From NCBI RefSeq assembly GCF_964355755.1, contig NC_092671.1, forward strand, positions 27,168,070 through 27,232,069: DNA of 64,000 nucleotides, given 5' to 3'. How positions within the stretch are numbered: the stretch's first letter is position 1; every line of letters starts with the position of its first letter. The position numbers were made by a program, and so were the translations under genes. Positions 27,901-40,722 of this stretch are shown here, in pieces. Under the pieces are notes generated by a model. The model searched no databases. It was not told the DNA's origin and saw nothing but the letters and a program-made list of their open reading frames with translations. Source of the DNA: Antedon mediterranea (lineage: Eukaryota > Animalia > Echinodermata).

Positions 27901-28846
27901 CATAGAACGTATCATAAACAATTGTGATGCATGTCAAACCCACCAAAGAAGCCAATCAAAACTACCAGTAAAACCCATTCATACATCTGAAGCTATGGAA
28001 ATTATTGCAATCGACCTGTTTGAATTTGAAGGAAAGCAATACCTATTAACAGTTGACTACTTCACATGATACATATGGGCAAACCAAATGATAAACACGA
28101 CAAGCAATACAGTCATCAACAAGCTCGAAACCATATTCTCACTGTTTGGAAATCCCACTACAATCATTTCAGACAATGGATCGCAGCTTACAAGTGAAAC
28201 ACTGCAAGCATTCTGCAACAACCACGAAATCATCCACAGAACAAGCGCTCCACACCACCAACAAGCAAATGGGAGAGCTGAACGAAGCATGCAAACACTC
28301 AAAGGCATGCTAAAGAAATCAGAGAAAGGCGAAAAGAGTTTAAATGAAATTCTTGTCGCATTGAGAGATACCCCCATATCATCAGACATTCCATCACCAT
28401 ATACATTAATGTTCAACAGGAAAGTCAAGAACTCTGTACCAAGCATAAACTTCCCAACGCAGAGAAACAACAATCATATCCAAGCTAAAGCACATCGCAC
28501 AGAAGCATACGCTCAATATCATGCTGAACCACCACCACTTCAAGTCGGCAAGGAATGCAGGTTCCAGAAAGCACCAAAAGGTATGTGGCAACCAGCCAAA
28601 GTTGTTCAATGCACCTCCGACCGCAACTACACAGTAATAACACCAGAAGGTGTACAATACCAGCGAGATCGAATAAACATACGACCTACACCAACTAGCA
28701 CCCTGAGAAAACAACCTAGTGAAAAACAAGCGATCACACCACAAATAACTGGGAAACAAAAGACAAACATCATACCAACCCAGCAAACGAGACCTAAACG
28801 AACCCACACTATGCCAGAGAAATTCAAGGACCACATCATGGAATAA
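24930..28846 (+). pseudogene. Disrupted gag-pol polyprotein
   Basis: Two zinc knuckles (CRNCGTVHKPRQC, CRKCGKRNHWAKKC); protease DTGA; RT LDLRSGYW/LPFGL/IKDD; RNase H CDAS/DHKPL; integrase HHCC and D-D-E (IDLF, SDNG, AER). Stops at 27210, 27794 and 28067; frameshifts near 25180, 26175 and 27262. Confidence 0.93.
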
Positions 28847-29131
28847 ACTACAAGATAAGCATCCATGATACTTCACGTTTGTAAATAGTTGTGTTACAGA
28901 ACTGTTTAGAGAGAAAGTTAATTTTCATAGGGAACTGTTTGAAAACGTTTAATGAACAATGACTGTTCGTGAGTTATTATCGGTTTGAGACTTTAGTGTT
29001 GATAACCATACTCTACATAATGACAATAATAACAATAACAATAATGACCACAGACAACATAATAATATTAAACTCTTTATTATTATAATATCCACTTATG
29101 CATAACCGCAACTTTTCCTTAAGAAGAGGGA

Positions 29132-29311
29132 TGTTACATTATTGTACTAAATAATTAATATGATCTTCTAGAAGATATAGAGGGCGGACGAGAGACACGA
29201 AGTTGTTATGGAGACACGACTTTTTGAGCTGAATAAAATAACAGTCTTTATTTGTATTTACATCTGTCTCTAGTTTCAGTATCTATAACATATTGAAAAC
29301 ATAACATAACA
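29132..29311 (+). repeat. 3' LTR
   Basis: Direct repeat of 24565-24744; preceded by the PPT and followed by TSD TTGCC. Confidence 0.97.
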
Positions 29312-29759
29312 TTGCCATACCAATAAACCTTTGTTTTAACCCCAATAGGTACAGATATATCATCTGTGCAAATACTTTATGACGAATCACTGTAAAGGTT
29401 TTAGCACTATCTGTTTAATAGTGTTATAAGCTCAAACTGACTCACAAAAAAAGCGTCAGCAAAATGATGTAAATTTAAAATACAGTATGTATCCATGTGT
29501 TCTTCTAGCCGGTTGGAATACATGTAGATAGTGTACCATCTTGCGGATGAGACATTAAGCTGTTGTAAAGAACAACAGAAAAATATGACATACAAATTGT
29601 GTTTTCACTTGAACCATTTAATTTGACTATAGGCACATGACAATATATACAGTAGTATCAATTTGTTCACAAGGGAACCAAAACACATCCTGTAAAAAAC
29701 AACAAACAGCTTGATGTCTGTTTTAATCATTAAAGAATGAATAAACATTTAATCCCAAG

Positions 29760-30062
29760 AGTGTTTTGAGTTGCATACAATCTAATCATTTTTGGAGTCA
29801 TATAAACTCTACCCATCTTTTGAGTCATATAAACTCTACCCATCTTTTGAGTCATAGACTGCCTAATCCTCTTTTGGAGTCGCATTAAGTTTACCCATCT
29901 TTTGAGTCGTGGACAATCTAATCAAATGTTGAAGTCATACAAACTCTACCCATCTTTTAAGTTATATACAACCTTTTTGAGTTTCATTGTGATTACCCAT
30001 CATTTGAGTTATATGTATCTAATCATCTTTTGAATTCATAAACTCTACCCATCTTTTGAGTT
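29760..30062. repeat. Degenerate ~27-bp minisatellite
   Basis: Recurrent ttttgagtcatataaactctacccatc units alternating with aatctaatc variants. Confidence 0.8.
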
Positions 30063-30552
30063 TAATCAGCATAATGAATATAAATATAAACATAACATGC
30101 AATCTACCAAACAAATGTTTTTTAATACCCTGAAACAGTTTTGTTATTCTATAATGCTCTTTTTGATGAATATTCAATATTGACATTTGGCTGATTGAAG
30201 AAAATGCATTTCATGTAATCCTCAAGGTTATCATCAATTTTCATTATTCCAGATGCTTTGAAGTTAAATCTTAGATTTTCCAAGTACCTCAAAGTATGTA
30301 AAAAAGATTAATTAAAATTGCTATATCTAACAATAGTAATTAGTAATGTCAGAGAAAATGAACCAGAAAAAGTGTATTGTCAGTTTAAATACTTAATGAA
30401 GATTATCACTATAATTAGGTTATATGCATTATCATGCATATAACCTCTTGATTCTGTCAGGATCTTTATTCTTTCCTTAGCACTATTTTGTCCGTGAATT
30501 ATCTTGGCATCAGTTTCATCTAACTAAGTCAATTTTTTAGAGTATATTCCTT

Positions 30553-31838
30553 ATGGCCAGGAATCGATGTGGTTATGTTTTCACGGTGCGCAATCAAACA
30601 TTACGCGGTCTACGCACGATTTAACGAAATCACGTTTGTAATCATATCTTCACAAGCATGAATCACTTTTAAACAAAATTTGGTTCTCATAAATTTCAGG
30701 TTATATTTCATCATATGGCAATACAATTACGTGCGTAGCGCATATAAAGCATGCGTATACGCGCTTAAAATGTTCAAAATTGTCAGAATTTATTTTCGAT
30801 GAAATTAGAGTACGTTTCAGGCAATTTTAAGCGTTTGAAAAATTGCTATGAGTGCGCAGATTTGTGCATGTGCACTGCGCATCAAATATTAATGCGCACT
30901 GTTTTTGTCCGATTACTGTTGTATAACCTTTCTTTAATAATATCATATTTTATTCACTTTTCAACGCGAAACAGCGTTATACGAGCACGTCAAAAGTGAC
31001 AGGCTACGCACGTGTAAGTTAACAAAATGGTGAAAATATGCAAAATTTTAAAATTAATATATATCGTTATAATGCTCGGGAACACCTATTTTTTATTTCA
31101 TTTTCTTGAAGTGTATGTATCATATGTATGATTTATTATGAAATTCGGAGAACAAAAGTTGATTAAGTCATCATTAATGGCATATTAAATTGAAAAAAAT
31201 TTATTTCGACAATTAAACAAATTATAACATTTTCTTAGGCTGAAATAACAAACTTAACATTAACTTTCTTCCTTAAGAAGTTCATATATTAAAGTTAAAA
31301 GTATATAGTTTGACAGTGCATCATTATAAAAAATTTTTAAAGATGTCATCATAGTAAAACATTATAATTCATTGCGGTATGTAATAATCTATCTGCACCA
31401 AAGTGGTTACTGCATAGTAAATACACGGAGGAATCTTTCCATAACTTTTAGTCAGTTGTGTATGGCTCGGTGGTCTTTGCTCGTGTCTATAGCATTCAAG
31501 GTACCGAGTTCGAATCTCACCTTGGGAAACAAAACGAAATAAGATTTTTTTTAATTATCCATATTTTTTGTTCAATTGTATTTCTTAGTGTATAGATTAT
31601 ACACATGATTTATAATGAAATCTAGATAAAAACACAAATGTGGTTTATGACATTATATATGCAGAAGGATCTTTGATCGGATTATAATACCGGCTATTGT
31701 ATTTGCGTTAGCAAGATCCTATCATATATTATAAATAACTAAAGATTCTGAGAAAATCAATCAATCAATATATCTTCAATCAATTAATTATCTTTATTTA
31801 AATCAATGCATATATAACCTATAATATGTCATAGTGAT
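30553..31838 (+). mobile_element. Dispersed repeat related to 4450-5185
   Basis: 31110-31835 aligns by eye with 4450-5185 over about 700 bp. Confidence 0.7.
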
Positions 31839-31995
31839 GAATTAAATCTAGTTTATAGTTGACGTTGTACTTTGGCTAAAAGCTTTATTTGAAAGGTAGG
31901 TCACAGGATAAAAATGAACAGTGAAAAGAAATACCATATTTATTCGAATAAACACCCATGGATTCATTTTAAATCTTATATTATTTAATTTACAG

Positions 31996-32267
31996 AGAAA
32001 AATCAGATGCAATCTCTTCAGACCGATCATCAACTGCAAGTCTACCGCCCTCTATGCCGCTTCTCAGAACGACTGCGCCATCAGATTCAAGTGAGAGTGG
32101 TATTACGCTTGTATCTTCCAAGCCTTTGTCTGACAGCAATCCAAATTTAAACCAATCATCCATATCATCATCATGGAGCCCAAACATTTCATCACCATCA
32201 GCTAACTACTCTAGAAGTTCATTTGAAAGTTTGACAGTTTCACCAACCTCTCCAAAGTCTGGAAAAG
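31996..32267 (+). CDS. PPP1R9A: Neurabin-like exon (Ser/Pro-rich)
   Basis: tttacag acceptor, gtattt donor; same frame as ORF 32054; phase 2 to 1. Confidence 0.82.
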
Positions 32268-32709
32268 GTATTTTAGGAACTTTATGTTTACATGCTCTTT
32301 TCTCTATCACCCACAGACATGCACAATAGTCTGGCGATCATCGATGAGCAAACAAAATACACGTCTTGAACATGAAACTACGCTTGTCAAATGTTACATT
32401 CTGAAACCTATTGGAGTTATATCGGGGTTAAGCGAGTTCACACACACAGTACTTATATTGGATACTAGCAATTATACCAGCCCCAGGGTGGGTTTCAAAA
32501 TGTGTTTAAAGCCTTCTCAGTATGCCAGTATCTCCATATACTCACCAACCTCCACCCTTCTTCAATAAAACCACACACCCTTTTTTAAAAACAAATTCTT
32601 CCCAGTGCAGGACAAATTGAATTCAACTTTGGCTTCAAAATGAGAGGGTGTCACAAACTCCCTTTACGTATGTTTCTGAGCGGTTGAAAATACTTTAGGA
32701 ACTATCTTG

Positions 32710-33170
32710 TGACATAAAAGTATACACAAAAAATCCACAAAGTTTTAAAATAACTCAAAAACAAAGCTTTAATTTCAATCAACTTCAACTTTCAAAAATC
32801 CAGTAAGCACTTTAAGCAACAGCTTCACATAACTTTTACAATCGAATATCGAACCTCTAATATCCAACAACCTTACAATAGTTTTACATCCCTTTATATA
32901 CAAGATGTTCCTATCCTTCTAGATCGTTCGTTATACTTCTTATTCTATTGGATTACAGTTTCTATTAATAGCACTTCTGGAATGTTCCTGATTGTTCTTA
33001 TTAATTATACATGGTTTCTTAAATCTAAACATACTGTACTAGAATATTCATGTAGACCATATGCTACTCTATTTGTTAGGAATGGTAATTTATTACAGAG
33101 GGGTATACATAGCTATGATAGGCCTATAGTTTAAGTACGTTGTGTAAACTGTGTAAATGAATAGGTGTCA
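32710..33170 (-). mobile_element. Possible solo LTR
   Basis: TGACA...TGTCA ends; near-TSD TCTTG/TATTG; minus strand has TATATAAAG then ATTAAA. Confidence 0.3.
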
Positions 33171-34883
33171 TATTGACTGATAATTAAAATATCTAATTTT
33201 GATACTGCAGTCCCCAGTCTTCTTTCTCCTCTAACCATCCCAGCCACAATCAACAAACCTTAACTCCTCCCATGGAAAGTTCAAATGTAGTACAATTCCA
33301 ATCATATAGGCTACTTCATTCCTCCCTCCCAACACGCCCCAGATACTGGGTGATGTGTTTAAGACGGTTCCAGTACAAATTACAAAGAACCATCACTCTC
33401 AACCCATAATCCCTCAGTGGAAGTTTTCAAATTTAGTTTAAAACATTCCCAGTACAGTTTCAGTCATGGTGATAACCTATACATCCCCACCCCAAACTCC
33501 CAGCCCCTTTCGAGGGATAATTAAAATACTTTAACATTTTCCTACCACAATTCTGGTCAATTTGATAGCCTACTACTCCTAGCCTAAGAAAATCCTGTGA
33601 AGGCCATCTTCCACCAAATCTCTGGACTTTTTGAAATGTAGTTTAAAACCTTCTCGGTACAATTGCGATCATTTTGATACCCCATATTATGTATGATTAT
33701 ATGCAGACACAGAAATTTGTATAACGAACAAACATCAAAAGTGGGCCATTCTGACCACATTTTGACCCCTAACTTGGATCCTAGATGGCGGATGTTCAAA
33801 TATAGTTTAGAACTTTCTCGGTACAATTGTGGTCATTTTGATACCCCAAATGTAAGGTTACGTGCAGTAACAACAATTTGTATAACGAACAAACAAACAC
33901 ACAAACGTACAGACATCCTGCATTAAGATGAAAAATTATGTTTTTGACAACGCGCGCCGGAATAATGAACGTTCAGAAAGGCTACGCTAGTGCGTTTTCT
34001 GCAGTACCATGGACGCTAATAATATCGATCTTCAATAAGATGGCCTAGAAATTGGACGAGCAAAACTAATATATGTCGGGATAGGTATGACCAATTTGAC
34101 TAACCAGCAGTTACTTTTAGAAAACTGTATAGGCTGCCAAGTGTCGCTGTCATTGATACAAATAAATAAATGTTGATTTGATTAAGTTTAGAGCAAATGA
34201 TTTTCATAGGTATTTCCTACTTTTGTGCTCTTCCTCTATTTCAAGTAATAAAGCATAGTAACCAGAAGGCGCTCTCTCTTCTTGGGAATGAAAATGCGGA
34301 GATAAAATGTTATAGCGCCGTCATCGCCAAGAGAAAAAAGCAAGGATTTTTTCTTCACAAGACATAATTTGCTGCCCTCTAGAGTTTAATTTACAATTTC
34401 ATTCTGGTGATTGCACCTCAACAACACCACCTTTACATTTCAAAGGCCACATAATTATGTGCAACAAAATTGTTCATATTTCATAATACAATATAAAGTA
34501 TGACAACAATTATTACATGTTTTATTCATTCACACATTTAAAGAAATATATAACTCATTGATAAAACTATTATTTATATATTTAAAATGTTCAGGATTTT
34601 GTCTGTCTGTTGCCCAAGGTTTTGCTGATCTGTGGCAAGCAATAACTCACCAGTAATCATCTCAAATTGTTCTTTTGCCGCCAATGTCAGCAAATAATTT
34701 GCATTTACTTTAATAATAGTTTGAAGAAGACATTGATTGATACAAAACTTAAGACTTCTTTAAACTCTTGTAATCTTAATATTTAACCTATATTTTATTT
34801 TCTATCTTGAATTAATACATGATTGAGCAACAGTCAAGATGATTTTGTGTTTCTCATGACTGATCTGCGATTTTCTTTTTCAG

Positions 34884-35014
34884 GCTTTTCAAATTTGTTC
34901 TCAGGCAAATCATCATCTGAAGATGATCTGCTTTCGTGGATGCCAGGAACTGCTAAAGGTGGAAAGGGAAAGGGCAAATCAAAAAACAAATATACAATTT
35001 CAGCTGGAATTGAG
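34884..35014 (+). CDS. PPP1R9A: Neurabin-like exon
   Basis: ttttcttttt cag acceptor, gtaaca donor; GFSNLFSGKSSSEDDLLSWMPGTAKGGKGKGKSKNKYTISAGIE; phase 1 to 0. Confidence 0.82.
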
Positions 35015-35138
35015 GTAACATATGTTAAAATCTTTTAAAAGGAAAGTGATTTAACAATAGGCCTATTTACAAGAAAATGTTATGGTATAGTTTTTATTAT
35101 GTAATAACACATTTTATTACATTTAACACATTTGATAG

Positions 35139-35312
35139 ACTGAACCTCCAAGAAAACCTCATCACATTCAAGATCGACCAATCACAGAATGGGATACAAC
35201 GCATGTGTCCCAGTGGCTCCTGGGTAATGATCTTGAAGAATACATTACTGAGTTTATGGCACATAATATCACTGGTCCTGCTCTGTTACAATTGGACACA
35301 GCTAAATTAAAG
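35139..35312 (+). CDS. PPP1R9A: Neurabin-like exon, SAM domain N-terminal part
   Basis: TEPPRKPHHIQDRPITEWDTTHVSQWLLGNDLEEYITEFMAHNITGPALLQLDTAKLK; has the SAM signature W...V..WL....L..Y...F....I.G..LL.L; AG/GT borders. Confidence 0.93.
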
Positions 35313-35425
35313 GTAATTTGGAATTTGAAACAAGTTTTGTTTTATTTGTTGCTATTGCTTAGGTTTGTTTGGAAAATTTATTTAATTTTCTAGCTTGAAA
35401 GTTTATTGTAAAGAACATACACAAC

Positions 35426-37338
35426 TAGAAAGCCACTCTGAGAGTGCATACCTCCGCCTACTGTAAATACTGAAATACTGTAATCACAAATTATAACTCT
35501 TGCCTCTTGTACAAAAATGAAGTTTTTTGGACAAGTAGTTCTCGGGAAAGTGCAATTTTAGTTTACCTGTTACTTTAATTCTGTCCTATCTTTTAACACT
35601 AGCAGGTCTGAAAAGTATACTAAAAAGTGGTCCAGAATTGGGACCATGGTCCCAAAATTTAATGGAATGGTCATTGACCACATATCTATCTGTATATTCA
35701 TTTTGGTAAAGATCTTGTAATTACTTTTTGAGTAATCCTGCTAACAAACAAACAAATGAAAGCACTCAGAAACTGAGTGAAGTACTTGGCAAAATATATC
35801 CACTGACTCGGAGCATGTTGAAAGATACATTTTTTTGCTTTAGGTATTAGCTTTACATTGTTAAAATCCTGCTGGGGTTAATAATTTGTGTAAATAATTT
35901 TTGATACAAACAATTCCGGCATTGCAACAATGACCTTTCTAAAATCAAGATGGACCAGGATAATGATCGAGGAGTGTCTTGAAGCTGTGCCGATTTGCGG
36001 TGCCTCTGCCTTAACCCATGTAGTAAGCTTAACCGCTTGACCAGGCGACTAATGTTTTGGTCCATATCAAAGAATATGTCCATGTTAAAAGAAGACAGAA
36101 TGCGTGCTATTTAATATATCGTACGGAAGATAAGCTTTTGTGACAAACAATATATCAATTTACCTGAAAATCAATAGGCATGTTCTGTAAGTATATACCT
36201 TATGTACAGAAATAAGGAAGGACACACACTGGTACCAAAAAAACTAATTATCAACTAACAATAGTTTAATTTGAATAACAATAGAACAGCAACGCCAAAA
36301 ACAAACGGGTGAATTTTAAAAGAAATAGGTTTTTTAAAACTACTCGTATGAAAAAGCCGGTACATTGAATCAACTTTTGTTTTAAAATTACAAATCACAA
36401 ATTATAACCCTTGCCTCTTGTCCAAAAATGAGGTTTTTTGGACAAGTAGTTCTCGAGAAAATGTAATTTCAGTTTACGTGTTACTTTAAAACTGCTCACC
36501 GGCTTTTGAAAACTAGCCGGTCTGAAAATAATATAATTTTTGTTATTTGTGAAGTTATTAATAAACCAATTTTGTTGATTTTCAATAGGCATGGTCTGAA
36601 AGTATATACCTATCTACACCCAAAAATTCTGAATAATAACTTGAAAACTGTAGGCGCTATCGTGCTAACAAACAAACAAAAATACAAACAAACAAAATAA
36701 ATACTATACTTGGCAAAATTCTTTTTGCCAAGTAACAAACTAGCCCTCGCACATAGCGCATGCGCGATACTTGGCCAAATTAAAATTGGCCTCCAGATCT
36801 TGACCCGATTTTCACCAAAAGTGTGTGTCTTAATGCTGTGTGATTCAGGCTAATTTCACTACAATCATGTGTATATGAGTTTGGTGTAAAGGTTATGTAA
36901 CCAGTCTTTCAACTAACAATAGCTTCATTATAACTCTTGCCTCTTGTACTAAAATGAAGTTTTTTGGACAAGTAGTTGTCGAGAAAATGCAATTTAAGTT
37001 TACTTGTTAATTTAAGACTGCTCGCCGGCTTTTGAATAATTCTGTCCTATCTTTTAACACTAGCAGGTCTAAAAATAATTCTAAAAAGTGGTCCAGAATT
37101 GGGACCGTGGTCTGGATCTTAACCAAAATTGGGCAGCGTCGTCCTTGCACCAGGAAACATGTATGGTAGTAATTAGGAGTCATTCGAATCAAATTGTGAG
37201 CGCTAGAGTGATGACAAACAAACACACACACACACACACGCACACAAACTGCACCAATCAGCATACTTGGCCAATTTTCAATTTGGCCAAGTAACAAACA
37301 CACGCGATCAATTACATATACCTCCTTGGCGGAGGTAA
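35426..37338 (-). mobile_element. Nested Helentron/DINE-like elements
   Basis: 3' end ctagaaagccactctgagagtgcatacctccgcc at 35426; 5' hairpin acctccttggcggaggt at about 37320; second-family hairpins tacttggc...gccaagta at 36708 and 37264; (AAAC)n and (CA)n tracts. Confidence 0.65.
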
Positions 37339-38017
37339 ATGAGAGGAACACGATAATTAAACCACATTTAATTTAGAGCTCTGTCTACACTAGTAGTAGA
37401 CAAAAAGTGTGATGTGCCCATCATCGTGTCCATATCTGGGATCATATTTTTAAATTTGGTAATGTAGACAGAGCTTTAAAGCAGAAATGATTCAATAGTG
37501 CTATTACCATCTTCAGTGAGTGAATCTTATTTTCTAGCTTACAAGTTTAGTATAAATAAGCACATACACCTGAGAGTGAGAGGAACATGCAAAATAAAAC
37601 ACAAAGTTTATAAGTTCAAATACATACTAAGCAAACTTATTTTCATTTGTGCCAAAGGCTTTACTATCCATGTGGTTAAGGTATGTTAAGATAATTTTAA
37701 CATTAGTTATTGCAACCTGCCAAATTCTCTATGTACAGATATCTCTATAGTAATATCGTGGAGAAACTTATTTCTCTATGATATTAATACTTTTCCTTTC
37801 TAGTTTAGATATGGAACTGTCAAATGGCATCGCCCAGTGTGACCTTATGACCCTGTATTTCCGATACAGTATTTTCAATGCAAAATTTACAGATAGGTTC
37901 TTTGAAAACTGGATATATTTTTACCATATACAATTACAAAAACAAATTTGAATTGAGGACTAAATTACAGCTTATATTTGCTTTACATTAAAATATTTTG
38001 TTATGCTTTGTTCATAG

Positions 38018-38173
38018 GCTCTAGGTGTGAATAATAATGCAGACAAGGCTACCTTTAAGAAGAAAATAAAAGAGATGAAAGCAATCATAGAGAAAGAAAA
38101 GAAATCAGCAGAAAAAGAAGCCAAAGCGAGGGAGAAGGAGCAGAGAAAAGCAGCAAAGTTTAAATCAAAATAG
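38018..38173 (+). CDS. PPP1R9A: Neurabin-like last coding exon (SAM end plus C-terminal coiled coil)
   Basis: ttcatag acceptor; ALGVNNNADKATFKKKIKEMKAIIEKEKKSAEKEAKAREKEQRKAAKFKSK-TAG, matching the neurabin-1 ALG...D....KKK.KEMK...EK pattern. Confidence 0.92.
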   Translation, partial: ALGVNNNADKATFKKKIKEMKAIIEKEKKSAEKEAKAREKEQRKAAKFKSK

Positions 38174-38861
38174 AATTATTCAATACAAATTAATTTCTTG
38201 TATTTCTTTTTAATTTGAAATATTCCAAATTTTTTTGTATAATAGGTTATTTGAATTTTGTGTCACTATTTTTTTGTCTTTAAACAAATAGTGAAACATT
38301 TTTTAAAACAGGAAACTTCTCGTTAGTTTTAAGTGCAGTTGATGACACAAAAAAAGTGTCTGCCTGTGTAAGGTAGCATGCTTTAGTGAACAGTTTCACT
38401 AAATGTTTACTTATGAGACCAAATACAGTGATTAGAGTTTGTGATTTATATATTTTTTGATGAATGTCTGTTTGTGGAGATGTCCTGTTACAAGAGGTAT
38501 TCACAATTGGAGGTTTACCTGTTCACAATTGGAGGTTTAACTGTTCACAATTGTACTAGGACATCCACTTCTATATTAACATGATCCATAACAATTATAT
38601 ATTCCTAAAATTTCTAACATTTTTAAATACAAGAATCTATCTTTAGAAGTAAATACTCAGTTATAAAAACAGCCAGTTTATAGAATAGTTTTTATATTTC
38701 AAATTCTAAACTGATTATTTGATAATTATTTTGAATTTATTATTGGATTTTTTTTCTCTTCATGAAAATTATTCTTAAACTTTATTCTTAAAATTGTATC
38801 TTTGCAGATGTACCATTTAGTTTTGGACCACTTTTAGATATTCTAGGATTTAGTCTTATAA

Positions 38862-40722
38862 CCTTTAGTCTAGACTAATCTTCACCTTTAGTCTAGACTA
38901 ATCTTCACCTGCAGTCTAGACTAGTCTTCACCTGCAGTCTAGACTAATCTTCACCTGCAGTCTAGACTAATCTTCACCTGCAGTCTAGACTAATCTTCAC
39001 CTGCAGTCTAGACTAGTCTTCACCTGCAGTCTAGACTAATCTTCACCTGCAGTCTAGACTAATCTTCACCTGCAGTCTAGACTAATCTTCACCTGCAGTC
39101 TAGACTAATCTTCACCTGCAGTCTAGACTAATCTTCACCTGCAGTCTAGACTAGTCTTCACCTGCAGTCTAGACTAATCTTCACCTGCAGTCTAGACTAA
39201 TCTTCACCTGCAGTCTAGACTAATCTTCACCTGCAGTCTAGACTAATCTTCACCTGCAGTCTAGACTAATCTTCACCTGCAGTCTAGACTAATCTTCACC
39301 TGCAGTCTAGACTAATCTTCACCTGCAGTCTAGACTAGTCTTCACCTGCAGTCTAGACTAGTCTTCACCTGCAGTCTAGACTAATCTTCACCTGCAGTCT
39401 AGACTAATCTTCACCTGCAGTCTAGACTAGTCTTCACCTGCAGTCTAGACTAGTCTTCACCTGCAGTCTAGACTAGTCTTCACCTGCAGTCTAGACTAGT
39501 CTTCACCTGCAGTCTAGACTAATCTTCACCTGCAGTCTAGACTAATCTTCACCTGCAGTCTAGACTAATCTTCACCTGCAGTCTAGATTAATCTTCACCT
39601 GCAGTCTAGATTAATCTTCACCTGCAGTCTAGATTAGTCTTCACCTGCAGTCTAGACTAATCTTCACCTGCAGTCTAGACTAATCTTCACCTGCAGTCTA
39701 GACTAATCTTCACCTGCAGTCTAGACTAGTCTTCACCTGCAGTCTAGACTAGTCTTCGCCTGCAGTCTAGACTAGTCTTCGCCTGCAGTCTAGACTAGTC
39801 TTCGCCTGCAGTCTAGACTAGTCTTCGCCTGCAGTCTAGACTAGTCTTCGCCTGCAGTCTAGACTAGTCTTCGCCTGCAGTCTAGACTAGTCTTCGCCTG
39901 CAGTCTAGACTAGTCTTCGCCTGCAGTCTAGACTAGTCTTCGCCTGCAGTCTAGACTAGTCTTCGCCTGCAGTATAGACTAGTCTTCGCCTGCAGTATAG
40001 ACTAGTCTTCGCCTGCAGTATAGACTAGTCTTCGCCTGCAGTCTAGACTAGTCTTCGCCTGCAGTCTAGACTAGTCTTCGCCTGCAGTCTAGACTAGTCT
40101 TCGCCTGCAGTCTAGACTAGTCTTCGCCTGCAGTCTAGACTAGTCTTCGCCTGCAGTCTAGACTAGTCTTCGCCTGCAGTCTAGACTAGTCTTCGCCTGC
40201 AGTCTAGACTAGTCTTCGCCTGCAGTCTAGACTAGTCTTCGCCTGCAGTCTAGACTAGTCTTCGCCTGCAGTCTAGACTAGTCTTCGCCTGCAGTCTAGA
40301 CTAGTCTTCGCCTGCAGTCTAGACTAGTCTTCGCCTGCAGTCTAGACTAGTCTTCGCCTGCAGTCTAGACTAGTCTTCGCCTGCAGTCTAGACTAGTCTT
40401 CGCCTGCAGTCTAGACTAGTCTTCGCCTGCAGTCTAGACTAGTCTTCGCCTGCAGTCTAGACTAGTCTTCGCCTGCAGTCTAGACTAGTCTTCGCCTGCA
40501 GTCTAGACAAGTTTTCACCTGCAGTCTACACTAGTATTTCATTTATTTACCAGATGTTCAGCAGTCTAGACTGGTCTTCTTCTGCAGTCTAGACTAGTTT
40601 TTACCTGTAGTCTAGGCTAGTTTTTACCTGTAGTCTAGGCTAGTCTTTACTCCTCTTTACTCCCTACAGTCTAGATTAGTCTTCTCCTACAGTCTAGACT
40701 AGTCTTCACCTGCAGCCTAGAC
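38862..40722. repeat. 23-bp palindromic minisatellite, about 70 homogeneous units plus degenerate edges
   Basis: Unit AGTCTAGACT(A)(G/A)TCTTC(A/G)CCTGC repeated head to tail. Confidence 0.98.

Larger units (their letters stand above)
24565..29311 (+). mobile_element. Full-length Ty3/Gypsy (Mag-like) LTR retrotransposon, disabled, in a neurabin intron
   Basis: 180-bp LTRs (24565-24744 and 29132-29311, TG...CA, 2 mismatches); 5-bp TSD TTGCC; PBS TGGTGACCCCGAC at 24745; PPT AAGAAGAGGGA at 29121-29131; domain order gag-PR-RT-RH-IN. Confidence 0.97.

Noticed and set aside
27210-28069. In-frame TGA codons as selenocysteine or readthrough
   Set aside because: They replace expected Gly or Arg by single substitutions (GGA/CGA to TGA) and co-occur with a TAG and frameshifts, consistent with decay.
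28406-28876. Hydrophobic minus-strand ORFs as env or an extra gene
   Set aside because: They are antisense shadows of the A/C-rich integrase tail; the same applies to 25188, 25228, 25521, 26639, 27547 and 28057.
38862-40722. CRISPR array or cloning artefact (the unit contains XbaI, SpeI and PstI sites)
   Set aside because: There are no unique spacers and no cas genes. Graded variants, degenerate edges and a diverged sister array indicate a natural minisatellite.
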